From the NCBI GenBank assembly GCA_964187785.1, contig OZ076413.1, forward strand, positions 41,914,001 through 41,978,000: a stretch of DNA of 64,000 bases, given 5' to 3'. Shown one piece after another: positions 12,659-24,776 of this stretch; the stretch's first letter is position 1, and each line of letters begins with the position of its first letter. Source of the stretch: Amphiscolops sp. MND2022 (Eukaryota). Below the pieces are notes generated by a model that was not told the DNA's origin, did not search any database, and saw only the letters and a list, made by a program, of their open reading frames with translations. A program made the position numbers and the translations under genes.

Positions 12659-12913
12659 TTAATAAATTAAATTATATCCCAGTTTGAATTTTCTCAGTTT
12701 GCCTAATCTCTCCACTGGTTGGCATACACACACGGTTCCCACACATTGGCAGTAGGGGGGTCTATCCATGGGGTTGTCAGGTCGGGCGCAGATGTTGTAC
12801 CCGAATTCAGAGTCGATGCTCTTCCCACTGAAAGAGTCTCGCAAGTTCAACAAATCTCCTTTTTCCTGAAACCAAATCAGTGCTGTGGAAATAAAGCAAA
12901 GTTGAATTATCAT
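12659..12913 (-). CDS. Possible host exon or short Cys-rich peptide (CARPDNPMDRPPYCQCVGTVCVC)
   Basis: GC-richer island in AT-rich DNA with clustered Cys; no recognised family. Confidence 0.25.
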   Translation of the reverse strand: MIIQLCFISTALIWFQEKGDLLNLRDSFSGKSIDSEFGYNICARPDNPMDRPPYCQCVGTVCVCQPVERLGKLRKFKLGYNLIY

Positions 12914-13357
12914 TGTGATCTACCGGACATGACAGTTTCTTAGAGTTTGTAGGAAACTCTTGCCTGGATTTTTCGTGGAAATTTTCAAGCTTTTCTCAAT
13001 TGAAAAACCTTTTTTGGACTTTTATTTGATCCACACCGGAATTCTTACACTTTTTTAAACCTCAAACGTTGATTTGCTGAACCTAACCAAAATGATCTTC
13101 AACGTCGTTACTCGAATATGTGGCTTTCTGAAAATTAATGAATTGAACTTTTAAATTATTCCATATTTTTGTCTAAAGGTATGCATAAAACTAATAATTT
13201 CATTTTGCATAATTATCAAACACCGATCTAGGTTAATAGTTTTTTTTACTCAATGGTTTTATTGTTTTTTGGGAGTTCATAGACTTCGTAAATTACTGAT
13301 AGGAGTAGAAAGATTAAGTCGCATTTGCATCCCAATTTTAATAAACATTATCCCGCT

Positions 13358-13666
13358 TTATTTACTCACCAAAATGGGGTTACCATTTAATTCATTGATA
13401 GTATTCCTGCTCCTAAAATTTCTGCATGGCCCACAAAAGCAAACTGTTCGAAACATGAGACTAATCGGACACCTGGCAGGGCATTCTTTGTCATCTGGGT
13501 AGAAACCCGGGTTGCTCTGGTTGTAAAAAGGAGCCCCATAATCACACTGCCGGACATATGGGTCCAATTGAGGGGTGCAAGTTGGATGTGAAGGGGAGGA
13601 AAAATGGGGCAGTGAGTATGTAGGTTCCAGAAACATCGATGACTGCATGTAAGGGTTAAAATGCAC
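13358..13666 (-). CDS. Possible host exon or short Cys/Pro/Tyr-rich peptide
   Basis: 102-aa ORF in a GC-richer island (CPARCP...CFCGPC); no recognised family. Confidence 0.3.
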   Translation of the reverse strand: MHFNPYMQSSMFLEPTYSLPHFSSPSHPTCTPQLDPYVRQCDYGAPFYNQSNPGFYPDDKECPARCPISLMFRTVCFCGPCRNFRSRNTINELNGNPILVSK

Positions 13667-14800
13667 TTTTTAGATCAAAATCGGAAGGTGGTGTTTGCAA
13701 TTTAATGATACAAAATAGCTATAAGCTGTTGATTTGATTGATGTCCCTGAGTTTTGCAAAAATCTGTTTTTTTTCAATTTGTTTGCTGGATATCCCAAGT
13801 TTCTATGCAAAAATTCTGATGGAGTTAAAAATGAGAAAAGCCGAGAAATTTTGTGGTCTCTAACGGGGCTGGCAAAAATTAAAAAAAAACATTCACGAAA
13901 AAAAAATGTTTTAAACACATGAAAAAACATATGCTTTTTTTTCGATTTTTCATCCTTAAGTATTTATTTTACAAATGTTTGCTGATGCTTCGTGAAAAAA
14001 AGAAAGCTGTAAAAAAGTCCGTTTGATGAAAGCGACGATGGCACTTGATGGTAGGTCAAATGCAACAAATGACCCTATTGTTGGCATCTCTTTTCAAGTT
14101 GCAGACGGAACGGCACTTCTCGACAATGGGCATGAGCTACGGAACGCTGCGATCACGTCTCGGCGTCGACGAAGCACGAAAAATGTCATTTTTATTTAAA
14201 CAACCAAATAAATAATTTGGAAGAAAAATTTTTTTTAAAACAATTTTTTGAAAAAAATGTTTTTTTTTCAAAAAAAAACAATAAAAACAGTTTTTTTGGG
14301 GAAAACATTTCCCAAAAAAACTGTTTTTATTGTTTTTTTGAAAAAAAAAATTCAAAAAATTGTTCTTTTAAAATTTTTCTTCCAATTTAAGATAACAAGA
14401 TAACAAGAGTGTCTCTAAGATAACAAGAGTTGCAAAAACCAGGGTGATTTGGTCCGGGTGATCCAAACGACGGGAAAGGGGCAGTTCTGTAAGGTGAGTC
14501 CTGAAATGCTGGCAGGAAAGTGTTGACAGTTCCATAATTGGTGCCCCGCAACCAGTTCTCGGCCCATTCGTACCTGTGAAAAGACATGATTTGGACTTAT
14601 GACGGTAACTTAGTCAACTCCAAAGGATCAAAGTATTCAGCGTCTAGACTTCAGGGAATTTTTGAACATATAAATTGGGTACAACACCCTTGCGTCGTAA
14701 GATAAGATACGTCAGGAACAGCCATATTACAGTTTAAAAACCCGCTAGGTGTTTAGGCCGATGTTTCATTTTTGTAACATACAGTATGAGCGACTATTTA

Positions 14801-15266
14801 AACAAGACGGCCCAAGTCGGCGCCATATCTAAGGCTCAAAAATAGCAAAAGACTTCAGAGTGTCAGGGTATTCTGTTTTTCAAAGCACCCGAAAAGTTTT
14901 TTCAAAACGTCTTGCAATGCTGAGAGGAATTGAAAGGGGAAACCTTTTGGGATTTTTCTAACATCCATTCTGTTACAAAAATTTCAAAAAAATTGAATAG
15001 GGATCATTTCGGGAAAAAATTGGAAAAAAAATCTCGCAATGCCGAAAAAAACTGGAAAGCGGGACCTTTTGGTCTCGTCCGGTATTGTATGTTACGCGGG
15101 AAACTTTTATGGTTCAATTCCCTGGGCCATTAGGGGCAATTTAAAATTTTGTAAATCTTTTGGTAGAAACATTTTGGTCGCTTCAGGTGTATCGAAAACA
15201 AATTTTAAAAATACTGACGAAAAGTCATGACTGTGGTCGACTCTTTTCATGAAAAGCGCCGACTAA
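14801..15266 (-). mobile_element. Helentron-associated (DINE-1/HINE-like) non-autonomous element copy
   Basis: Subterminal inverted repeats AGTCGGCGC/GCGCCGACT and a conserved end (gagccttagatatggcgccgact...ttgtt) shared with four other copies. Confidence 0.65.
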
Positions 15267-15289
15267 TAAAGCGAGTCAGAATGAATAGC

Positions 15290-16240
15290 AAATGTTTTGG
15301 ATCTCATAAAATATGATTGTAGAGAGTTTCCTAGTTCGCACTGCCTGAATCTATGGAGTTTTCCAGACATCACAACAGACTGTTCAGTCCCATTCATGGA
15401 TATGATGGGATTGTCTAAACGTGAGCCGAAGTATTTGAAATTTTCAAAAGAGGATACTTCATGGTCACTAATAACAGTGTTTCACGGGTTTGTTGATCTC
15501 TTGGCAAAAACGGTAAATTAAATTTTCATGTAGATATAGTATACAACATTTTTAGACATCCAGAACTTTAGCAAAGTTCCATCTTCAGATTTATGATCTA
15601 GCTTTTCAATCAAAACTGTATCATTTGCGTATTTTACTATTCCACTCTGCCAATTTTCGTCTGCAATAATTGCAATAATGCATCAGCAATAAAAATAAGA
15701 AGTAATATGAGGCCTAGTTTTGATCCTTGCGGGACAACGCGTTTGATTGATTTCTTAGATGAATTTTTATCACCTACTATCACATTTTGAAACCTTTCAG
15801 TTAAATAGTTTGCTAATAGTTTATGGAAAGTACATCTAACACAAAGATGGTAAAACTTTTGTCATAATACTTCGTGATCAACTAGTTAAACGCTTTGGTG
15901 AAGTCCATGAAAACACAGTTTGTTTTCTTTTGTCTTCCCAATTCGGTTGTATTTGTTTCAGAAAAGTTTTGCTTTGGTAGAATTTTTATCTTCCTGAATT
16001 CGAACCGATTGTCTGAAAGAAATGAAAACTTTAAAGACATTTCACCAGTCTTTCATGTATCACTTTCTCAAATACCTATGAGAGATTTTCAAAAACCGAA
16101 ATCGGTCCATGATTGAGGTCAGTTTTCATCACCTGTAATTAATATTGGAACAGCTTTAGCGATATTCAAAGTTCTCGGGAAACGCCTTCTTCTATGCATT
16201 TATTCATCAGTGTGGACCAGTTCTGCTTTAAGGTCTGCTT
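15290..16240 (-). pseudogene. Decayed non-LTR (CR1/L2-like) reverse transcriptase fragment
   Basis: Minus-strand remnants LNIAKAVPI (~16160), CVFMDFTKAF..DHEVL (~15900), VPQGSKLG (~15730), KYANDTV (YADD-like, ~15625), broken by stops and frameshifts. Confidence 0.8.
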
Positions 16241-16369
16241 CACAAACCTTCGGGTGTTTCGACACTTTTTTGTTGAAGTTTTTCACTCAACAAGTCCCGA
16301 GCATATTTAAAAACTTTGCGCATTGTGAGCCTTAGGTGGGGCGCCGACTTGAGACGTTCCCGTCTTGTT
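16240..16369 (+). mobile_element. 3' fragment of the HINE-like element
   Basis: gagccttaggtggggcgccgacttgagacgttcccgtcttgtt; left limit approximate. Confidence 0.6.
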
Positions 16370-17000
16370 AGTCTATGTCTTGTTTCTCTGCGGTCACGCT
16401 ATCTCTGTCTGCTTTCGTCGTCGTCATGCATGCGAAACGAGAAACCTCATTTTTCACAAATTTCTGCAACATCATTATGGCTGGATGTAGCGCTCTGCAT
16501 CATGTCTGCTATTAGATTGTGACGTTACATGTATCAAATTTAATATTTCGCAGTAATTACTACTGAAAAACCTCAGACTTTCTCTGAATCAGTATACTAC
16601 TATTTTCATACTCGCTTCTGGGGAGCCCTCAAATGACTAACAGTTACGTTAAAATTACATCATGTCATTGGTATGATGCAAACCCGGCGAATTAGGGGTC
16701 TCTTACCACTTATTAAGGTACCCGATGACGTAATCTTCATTCTCACTCATTCGAAAGAGCTCAGGTCAACTCTATAATTTTGTGGTTCAGTTAGGGCTTG
16801 AGAGAGGCATTCTTTTTGTTGATCCCTTGTAAATAATGAATGAAGATACAAATTAAACGAGGTACTAACAAAGGATCAACTTGCGGGCCAGGAACGGTTG
16901 GCAACCCTAGAGAACAAGTTGGAAACGTTAAAAAACTGATAGAGAAAAAATCAAATTTGCATGGAGAAAAGTACTCAAAATGAGTATTAAAAGAAAAGAG

Positions 17001-17397
17001 AACAAGCCGGGAACGGCATAAGTCGGCGCCATATCTAAGACTGAAAAATAGCAAAAGGACTTCAAAGTGTCAAGTATCTTTTTACAGTACCCAAAAGTTG
17101 GACCGAATTGGCGTGCTGGGGCGCTTTCGATACATTAAGAAAGTTTCGAAAGAAAAGTCTCGAAATGCCGAAAAATCTGAAAGGGGAGACATTTCAGTCT
17201 CGGCCGTATTGTATGTTACGCGGGAAAAAAAGAAAAACCTTTTTGGTTCAGTTCCTTAGGCCAAATGGTTCAGTTTGACAGCATAAAATTTCGTAGAACT
17301 TTATAGAACTATTTCGGTCAGTTCGTGTGGATTTAAAAAGATAATAAAAAGGGTCACTATAATAATCGCCGCGTTTCACTTCATGAGCTCCGACTAA
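17001..17397 (-). mobile_element. HINE-like element copy
   Basis: aacaagccgggaacggcataagtcggcgccatatctaag at one end, ccgactaa at the other; internal similarity to 14801-15266. Confidence 0.65.
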
Positions 17398-18842
17398 AAG
17401 TAAATTTTGTTTTAATTTTGAAAAAAAGGAGTTTTCCAACCAGCACAAGTGAGTCCCCTGTGACCTTGTGGATACTGACTGCTACCCACAATAAGGTCAT
17501 GGTGGCTGTACCCGGGTTCGTTCAGTTGCTGGGTGTGCACGGGGTACAGGTGTTCTTGAGGGCAAAAGTAGTTGGGCGACTCAAAAGCAGAGACACATCC
17601 TGCATCTCCGAAGTACCCCATCAAGGCAAGGATCTCCTTCCAGCATGAATCAGCGATGCACACTGACACGGATAAAATGAAACATGCTTGAATTTTTTTA
17701 AAAGTTGACGCTTTTTGACAAAGATAAAATTACTTGAATTTGACAGTGGCAACTGTTTGTTCAGACGACAGACCTCGAGCTTAATATTTTACAGGTTTGC
17801 TTATTTTGGTAAATACTTTCTCAAAACATTTGCAAAGTATATGATGTTCTCGTTTTCTGTACCTTCGTGATTTAACCTAGAAGAGACCAAAGGACCCCTT
17901 CGGTTTTTCCGACGTTCCGAGATAATTTCTTAAAACTGTGATGTTCAAAAAGGGTCTCCAATTTGTTAATTTTATCTCAGTGTGAAAATTGGTTTTGAAT
18001 GTACCATTGTCACAGAGTTTTTCGGAGCCCGGCATTGATACAGAAAATGTCTGATGAGGTATCGATTTTTTTCACGCTATGCTCTGCCTTATGTTTTTAC
18101 TTCTGGATAAAAAAATTGTCAATTCTCGATTGTTATTCTTCTATCGGTGTATCTCTTGCTTTTCTCTAAGAAGTTCCTCTAAAAAGAGAAACGCAACATG
18201 TTTTGTTTTGTTTTTTTTTGGGGGGGGGGGGGGATTGTTTGATCTTGAACCTTGTTAACAAAGAGTCCGAAGTAGGTCAAAGGTTGTGCAAAGCTGCCTT
18301 GGTGGGACAATCGTAAGTGCATGTTGGCAGAATGCAGTTGATATCCTGGGGCAAAACTCTCGCTCCCAGAGTCATGGCTGCTCCTCAGATCATGAATGGG
18401 TCTCTCTCAATGACTCACTCCTTATTCACTTTCACTAGTGATTGTTCGCAAAAGTCAATTAACGTTATAATCTTGTTGCTGACATGAAAAAAAAATGGAC
18501 TAATAACTAGAACTTGATCGAATATGAAAACTTGAAACTTCAAAAAACAGTTCCACGCATTGTGTGGATGATCAAATCCTCCGAGCATGGAAGTCAAACA
18601 AAACCTGGTTTGATTTGTTCTTCAAAAAACGTTTGGTGATCCTCGGAAGACCAATCAAAGTATTTGAATCAGGTACATATATTCCCGAATTATGATTTAA
18701 ACCATAAATTTTCAAATTTATCTTTCTCATCGTTTCAGTGGATTGTTTATTGACTTTCAAGAAGGAGAGATGGCGACTGACTTTGATTAGTACTCCAATT
18801 TGTCAAAAAAACTTAGCATCTGGTATTTTTTCAAGTATTTCA

Positions 18843-19572
18843 TGTAACGGCATCCTATGATCAACGACGATTTTCGAAATTTTCGAAATTTGCTGAAAAA
18901 TTCGTTCAAGGATGACGTGGCACTCGAACATGGTTTTCTTTCGAATTACCTGCCCAGAGAAGCATAGAAAGCTAAAAGAGCAGACCCCGCGAGGCAAAGA
19001 GAACCGAAAAAGCGTAAGATGGAACTGTGAAACGGCCCGAGAGCCTAGCCTATGCGCTAAAACTTCGAAAAGACCCACGGTGATAAGATGAAAACATATT
19101 GTGCCAGACCACCCATATGTTGAGATAATTGCCATTCCCGGACCCTGGGTTGTGATCAGCCCAAGAATCGCCGGTGCCATGCCACCTAGACTCAATCATT
19201 CGCCAAAGACTGGATTTAACTCTTTTATGAGGCCGTTTTAATGATTTGTTTGATTAATTTGTTATTCGAGAGCTTTTGATGCTATTTACGATTCTGGACA
19301 ATTCAATTGAGTTCTATGGGACTAGCCCCATTTTTTTAAGCTGTTTAGACGGTGGTTGAGAAGAGAAAAAGCATAATGCCCGTTATTCTCAGCAGTTAAA
19401 GACTGGAACAGGTCAGAGAGCATCCCTTAGCACGGTTCCCCCTCCTCGGGACCGGCTACCCACAGGAGGACAAAGTGAGCTGGTGCTATGGTGGTTTGTC
19501 CCGGACCATATCCATAGTGTCAGTTCCTCCACTCCAATGTTTCGTCCCAACTGCTTAGCGCTTGCCGTTACA
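18843..19572 (+). repeat. 5' LTR (730 bp)
   Basis: Direct repeat of 31268-31999; followed by TGG. Confidence 0.95.
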
Positions 19573-22394
19573 TGGAACTTCATTTTTTGGCATGGTTATT
19601 AAAATGTCTGACCCTCTGGTGTTTAGCGCCAAGACCGTTTCAACTCTGTGGGAGAAGCCAGAGTTTTCCTCTATTTTAACGTTTACGCGTATTCCTAGCA
19701 GCTGGAACAAAGAAAGCCCAGAAAAACCCGAGAAAAATGCGTTTTCAGGTGTGAAAATGGCATTTTTGAAGTTGAAAAACCCGTAAATGCATGTTGTGTG
19801 ATGTCATGTTGTTAGCCCATCAGCGGGTACATGTTTTGCAGGTTACGACTACCGCAGCGCGTGGCTGCGGGTGTTTACCCGGTTTTTCTAGCCTTTTTCA
19901 GCTTTTTGAGCTATGCAAGACAGGTGCCGATGGTGGAAAATCCCTACTCCACTTGAGCGACGGGGAGGTGAAAATGGGTGCTATGGTTCGCCGTTACCCA
20001 TTTCTCGTGGAGACGTTCGTGAGAGGTGAAATTTGGTGGACCGCTAGTACAACTCCTGACAAAACTAACGATCCAAATCGCAAGTCTCTGACTGGTCTGG
20101 ATGTGGAGAAACTGCGTGGCAAAGGTACACCCCCTTGGACCAGATGTGTCGTTCAGATGGGTTATGGTCCCTGAAAATTTTGAAATTGCGTCTTTTTTCA
20201 TGGGGAATCATTGGTAGAGGTCAGTCACGCTTTTAGACGATGTAACGACACCCCATGGAACGCTTTCGGGCGGAGAAAACAAAGATTTTCCAAAAAAACA
20301 GCGAAATTTTGTATTTTTGAGTGTTTTCCTTGGTTCGAGCACGAGTGCTCCGTAAGTCCAACGTAGCCCTGCTACAATGATGGCAAAGGTTGCCTCAAAG
20401 CCTGAGGGAGCAACGAAAAATATCGGGCAAGCGTTCCCGTTGCCCCTTTTAGGTGAAAAATTTGGAATTTCCAGTGAAAAAGTGCGAAAAGTGAAAAAAA
20501 GGGTAAAAAACACCCTAAAAACACCGCAGTGATTAGGTGTAGAAGCCTGGGGCACTGCTGCAAAGTGGTCTCTCGAGCGAGTCACAACCCTAGGGTACCA
20601 GAAAAAGCTTTCAGTAGCTGTTTGGCTGGTATAGAAGCAGCAAGAGAGCGAGAATCTTGCAATTTTGGCCGTCTGTAGTGTAGTTGGACATAGTGTGAAA
20701 AATTCATTGTACTCAAACCTTAATTATTTCTGCGAGCCCAAGCGCTCTCATTTTCTGTTTGTATAATAAAAAACGCGCACTGTAGTGAAACCCGCGTGCG
20801 AAAATTGTATTTCAGTGCTGAGAAAAGTTAAAAAAACCTTAATTTTTAGTTAATTTCAGGAGTGTCCGAAGACATAATCAAAACCTCTAAGGCACTCCGC
20901 CTTTTCGTTGACTGGGAGCCTATGCGCTCTCATTTTCTGTTTTGCTATAAAAAATAACGTGTAGTGGCGAAGCCGCATGTAAAAACTCCCACTCAGTGCT
21001 GAGAAAAGTGGAAAAACGCACTGAAATAGGCCGAATTTCCACAAAACCGGCCTGTCCCATCGCCAGGGTTGGGTCATTGATTCCCGAACCCTAGCTAAAA
21101 ACTGGTAGCATTTTCGTAACCACCGCCAAAGTAAACGTTAGTGCAGAGAATTTGGTGGCCCTAGCGCTAGCCAAAGTCACGAAAAACCCCCTGACGTTTT
21201 GACCTCAGACAGCACCGACATAACCGAAAAAAAGCCAAAACTGTAGAACCAATAGTGTCTTGCACAGAAAGGGCACGGCCAACTGAGAGCTTGTAGCAGT
21301 ACTGTGACAGGTGGGGCAACGCGTTAACCCCACCGACCCTGCCGTAACCTTTGTAGTGTGGACCTCTTAGCCGATTTGTGAAAAAAGTGTCAAAAAAGAC
21401 CGTTTTTTCTAAGATCGTGTCCTTTCCTAGCCCAAGTTCACGGTAAACTTGAGAGCTTCCATTGAGCTGTAATACCAGCATTGTGGGTGCCTTCTGGGAA
21501 CGCGTATCAATTTCGTGCCGATCGGTGTGGTATTCGCTGAGAAATTAAATTGACGGAAACATACTGCACAAAAACGGGTACAAAAAGGCCGTTTTTTCAA
21601 AATTTTTGGAAAGACCCGAATACCTTAGCCGGAGAGTGAGAACAGTATATTGCTCACCAACGCAACCAACACTGGTTGGCACACTGCTAGCGGAAAAACC
21701 AGACCGCTGACTGCAACCAGTGCTCAGAAATCGTGTGATTAGAGTGCATTTCGACCCCTACTGATACACAGGAGTACCGCACGTCTATACACAAGGAAAA
21801 GTGTGCACAAGTCAAGGAACACAAATCGGCGTTCACCATCGTGTACTTACGTGTGTGTAGGATCTGCTGGCCAAATTTGAGCCAGATCCAACTGTTGAGT
21901 GACGAATACGAGCCACTTGTGTTTTTTTTGCGTGATCTGAGAAAATAGCGAGAATGTAGTAAACCTTCTGCACTGGTCTCCACACGCCCCTAGCGTAAAA
22001 TACAGGCTCACTTTCGGAGCCTGTGGGTGGATACCTACTGCGTGTGCAAATTTGAGCTCGATACTACCGTTGGAAGTGTTTTCCACCTTCCCGAGACGTG
22101 CTAAGGTCGAAAATTTCCTAAGTCTTCACCGGAACGACTGAAGGTCGCATTCCCCCTGGGAACCTGAGGGCAGATTGCGGGAGCCATAAGCATCCCCCGC
22201 GTTCCCGGAACTCCTGTTACGGAAGGTGAACCTTGCAAGGGTGCAGCGGACAAGACTTCGCATGACCACACCGCCTATAGGTTGTCGGATTGGACGTTAT
22301 CGGTACGTTAATTCAAATCACTGCGCGGTCATACGACTGATACATCATGTTTTAGACCGGCGTAGCGGCCATTGTCAAACTGCTCACGCGCGGG

Positions 22395-24760
22395 ATGCCG
22401 AGGAATAGCGAGTCCAGCACCAGCAATGCAGTAGACACGGATGATGCGCGAGAAACGAGTTCAGTCCAACGAGAGGACTCTAGCACTACTAGCGAACTGA
22501 GCCTAACGGCATGGTCCTCTGTGGAGTCCTTAGTAACCGGCTCTTCCTTTTCAGAAGCAATGAGTGATTGTGTGACTGCCGATCAGCAACGACGAGAGGA
22601 GCAAAATGCCATGACTCTCAATCGTGGGGATTCGCCCGTATCCAATGAGCTTATCCGTACGGGACAGTGGATCCAAGACAATAGGGGTGAATTGGTATCG
22701 CCTCAAACCGCGGGTTTCTGGCCCAACTCAAATCAAATGGCAGCGCAGGTGACCCTTACGCGTGATGGGTGCTCTAGGGCACCCCGAGACGATGAGAGCA
22801 CAGCCAGTGTCGACACTGCGGCGGTCCTGGAGAACATGACCTATGTAGGCGGCATGAACTATGCTAAATACCGCCTCGAGGCAAGCCGAGCCAAAAGCGC
22901 TGGCAAACAGAAGAAGGCACGCCCTCCCACACTGTGTGTGCAAGAGGAATTGGCCCGTGACAGTGCCTCTTCTTTTTCCGATGGCACCACGTCGAGCACC
23001 TCTTCGCGACGTTCCTCGGCGTACAGAGCCGTTGAGGAGGCTCCAGCAGCAATGACCGCGATGCTTAAGGCGGAAGCTGAAGCCCAGCGAGCCTTGACAC
23101 GTTTAGCCGACACCCGCGCTGAGTGCAATGAACAACACCAAGCTATCACTGCGGAACTGGAAGCTGTGCAGACCTCAGTAAAGGAAAGCTTGAGGGCTGC
23201 CACCCAACAAACAACAGTGCAAGCAGCTAAGGTCGACGCCTTGGGGTATCGTTTGGAAGAGATGAAAGACATGCTCATCCAACGCGAGCTGCGCATGGAA
23301 GTCCAGATGGCGGAGCTTAACAACCAGATGCATACCCTGAGTGCCGCATCCCGCATGACGGCACCAGCAGATAAGCAACCCAAGGTCGCCGAACCATCGC
23401 ATCCACCAGGAAGACAGTGCCTATGCGCACTCCCAACCTGCCGATCACATTGAAAACGAGCACCAAGTTTGAACCTAGAGTATCCAAACCGCCACCGACA
23501 GGCAAGAAGACCAAAAAAGTGCACGTATGCGCACCAAACCCACTTAGTAGCGTGCCGCTACCGCCGGCACAAACATTTACTCGTACCCAAAATCGAGCGG
23601 TAGATCCCATGACGACTACCTCATCAACCATTGATCTAACTGACACCAAGGCAACAGCTGGCTCACGCGACAGCAGCGCCGAAGACGAAGCTTACACCAC
23701 TGCCAGAAGCGGAACCGCAGGCATCACCTCGATGTTCCTCACTGTGAATGAGGGAGTCCCCACTGGTGACCCTTGCGCCAGTAGCACTCGTAAGAGGGAC
23801 GACGTAAATGGTGAACTGTCTATGCAAGCCACTAGGGGAAGTCGAGACAATTCTCCCGCCCCTAGTGAGAAAGGAGAGGTAGTCTCCCAAGAGCAGTTAC
23901 GGTTCACCGAGGCAATTTCCCAAGCAATGTCCAAAGAGTTAGCCCCATTGCTGGCCGGGCGTGACCCGATGCAGGCTAGGCCCAGTGTCTACCGAGGTTC
24001 AAAGGAAGGTTCCATTGATGGTTGGATCCTAGTGATGCGTCGCTACCTCCAACGCACTCAGGCCAAAGCCACCCCCGATGACAAAGCATGGAGCATCATT
24101 GGGCACCTAGAATGTGAAGCCAGAAACTATATCATCAATAAGGCCGAGTCTGAAAGAGACACACCGGAAAATGTCTTTGACTTGCTTGCTAGTCGATTCG
24201 GAACGGGAGGTAATCGCATGCAAGTGACAGCAACGCGACAGCAACCCGACAGGGAAGATTGGATGCAGTATTTAGATGCATTGGAAGGGCTGCGAAGCCA
24301 AGGCTTCCCTTGTGAGTCCGTCACAACTAAGCGTTACGAAATTTTGCAGCGCTTTATCGAAGGCGTTTGTGACCCCGCCTTACGGAGGGAGCTCTCCAAT
24401 ATCTACGCGTCTGAATCCAAGGTCATAGAGCCTCCCACTGTCGAATCATTGCGATTTACAACACGGCAACTGCAGCGTACTCGACCAAAGTCGACGCCCT
24501 ATGACCCTCGATACGCCATGAGGTCAAGGCCTCATCCTTTCGCACCACTACAACCCAATAAGATGGTGCTACCTCAAGGAGTGATGCCCCCCCCACCTGC
24601 GAGCAATGCCCCGCTAAACCAAGCAGCGCCACAGCCTGCCGTGCGTTTACCCTTGGGTGCTTGCTTTAATTGTAGCCAATTGTGCTTGCTTTAACTGGAC
24701 ACTTTGCTCGAGACTGCCCTAATCGCGACCAAGCTCGCAAACCACCGGCTGTCCCCAATC
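22395..24760 (+). pseudogene. Long gag (Ser/Thr-rich and coiled-coil N-terminus, capsid-like core, CCHC knuckle), frameshifted
   Basis: ORFs 22395-23453 and 23417-24694; RPSVYRGSKEGSIDGW capsid start; knuckle CFNCSQ/TGHFARDC split by a small insertion at ~24680. Confidence 0.85.
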
Positions 24761-24776
24761 TGGAAGGCGTGAAGGT

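Noticed and set aside
18803..19195. Duplicated 130-139 aa ORF (also 31203-31622)
   Set aside because: It is duplicated only because it lies antisense in the LTRs; non-ATG start and no protein features.
22859..23524. 221-aa antisense ORF and similar shadow ORFs over the gag/pol genes
   Set aside because: They overlap recognisable TE frames on the other strand and show no motifs.
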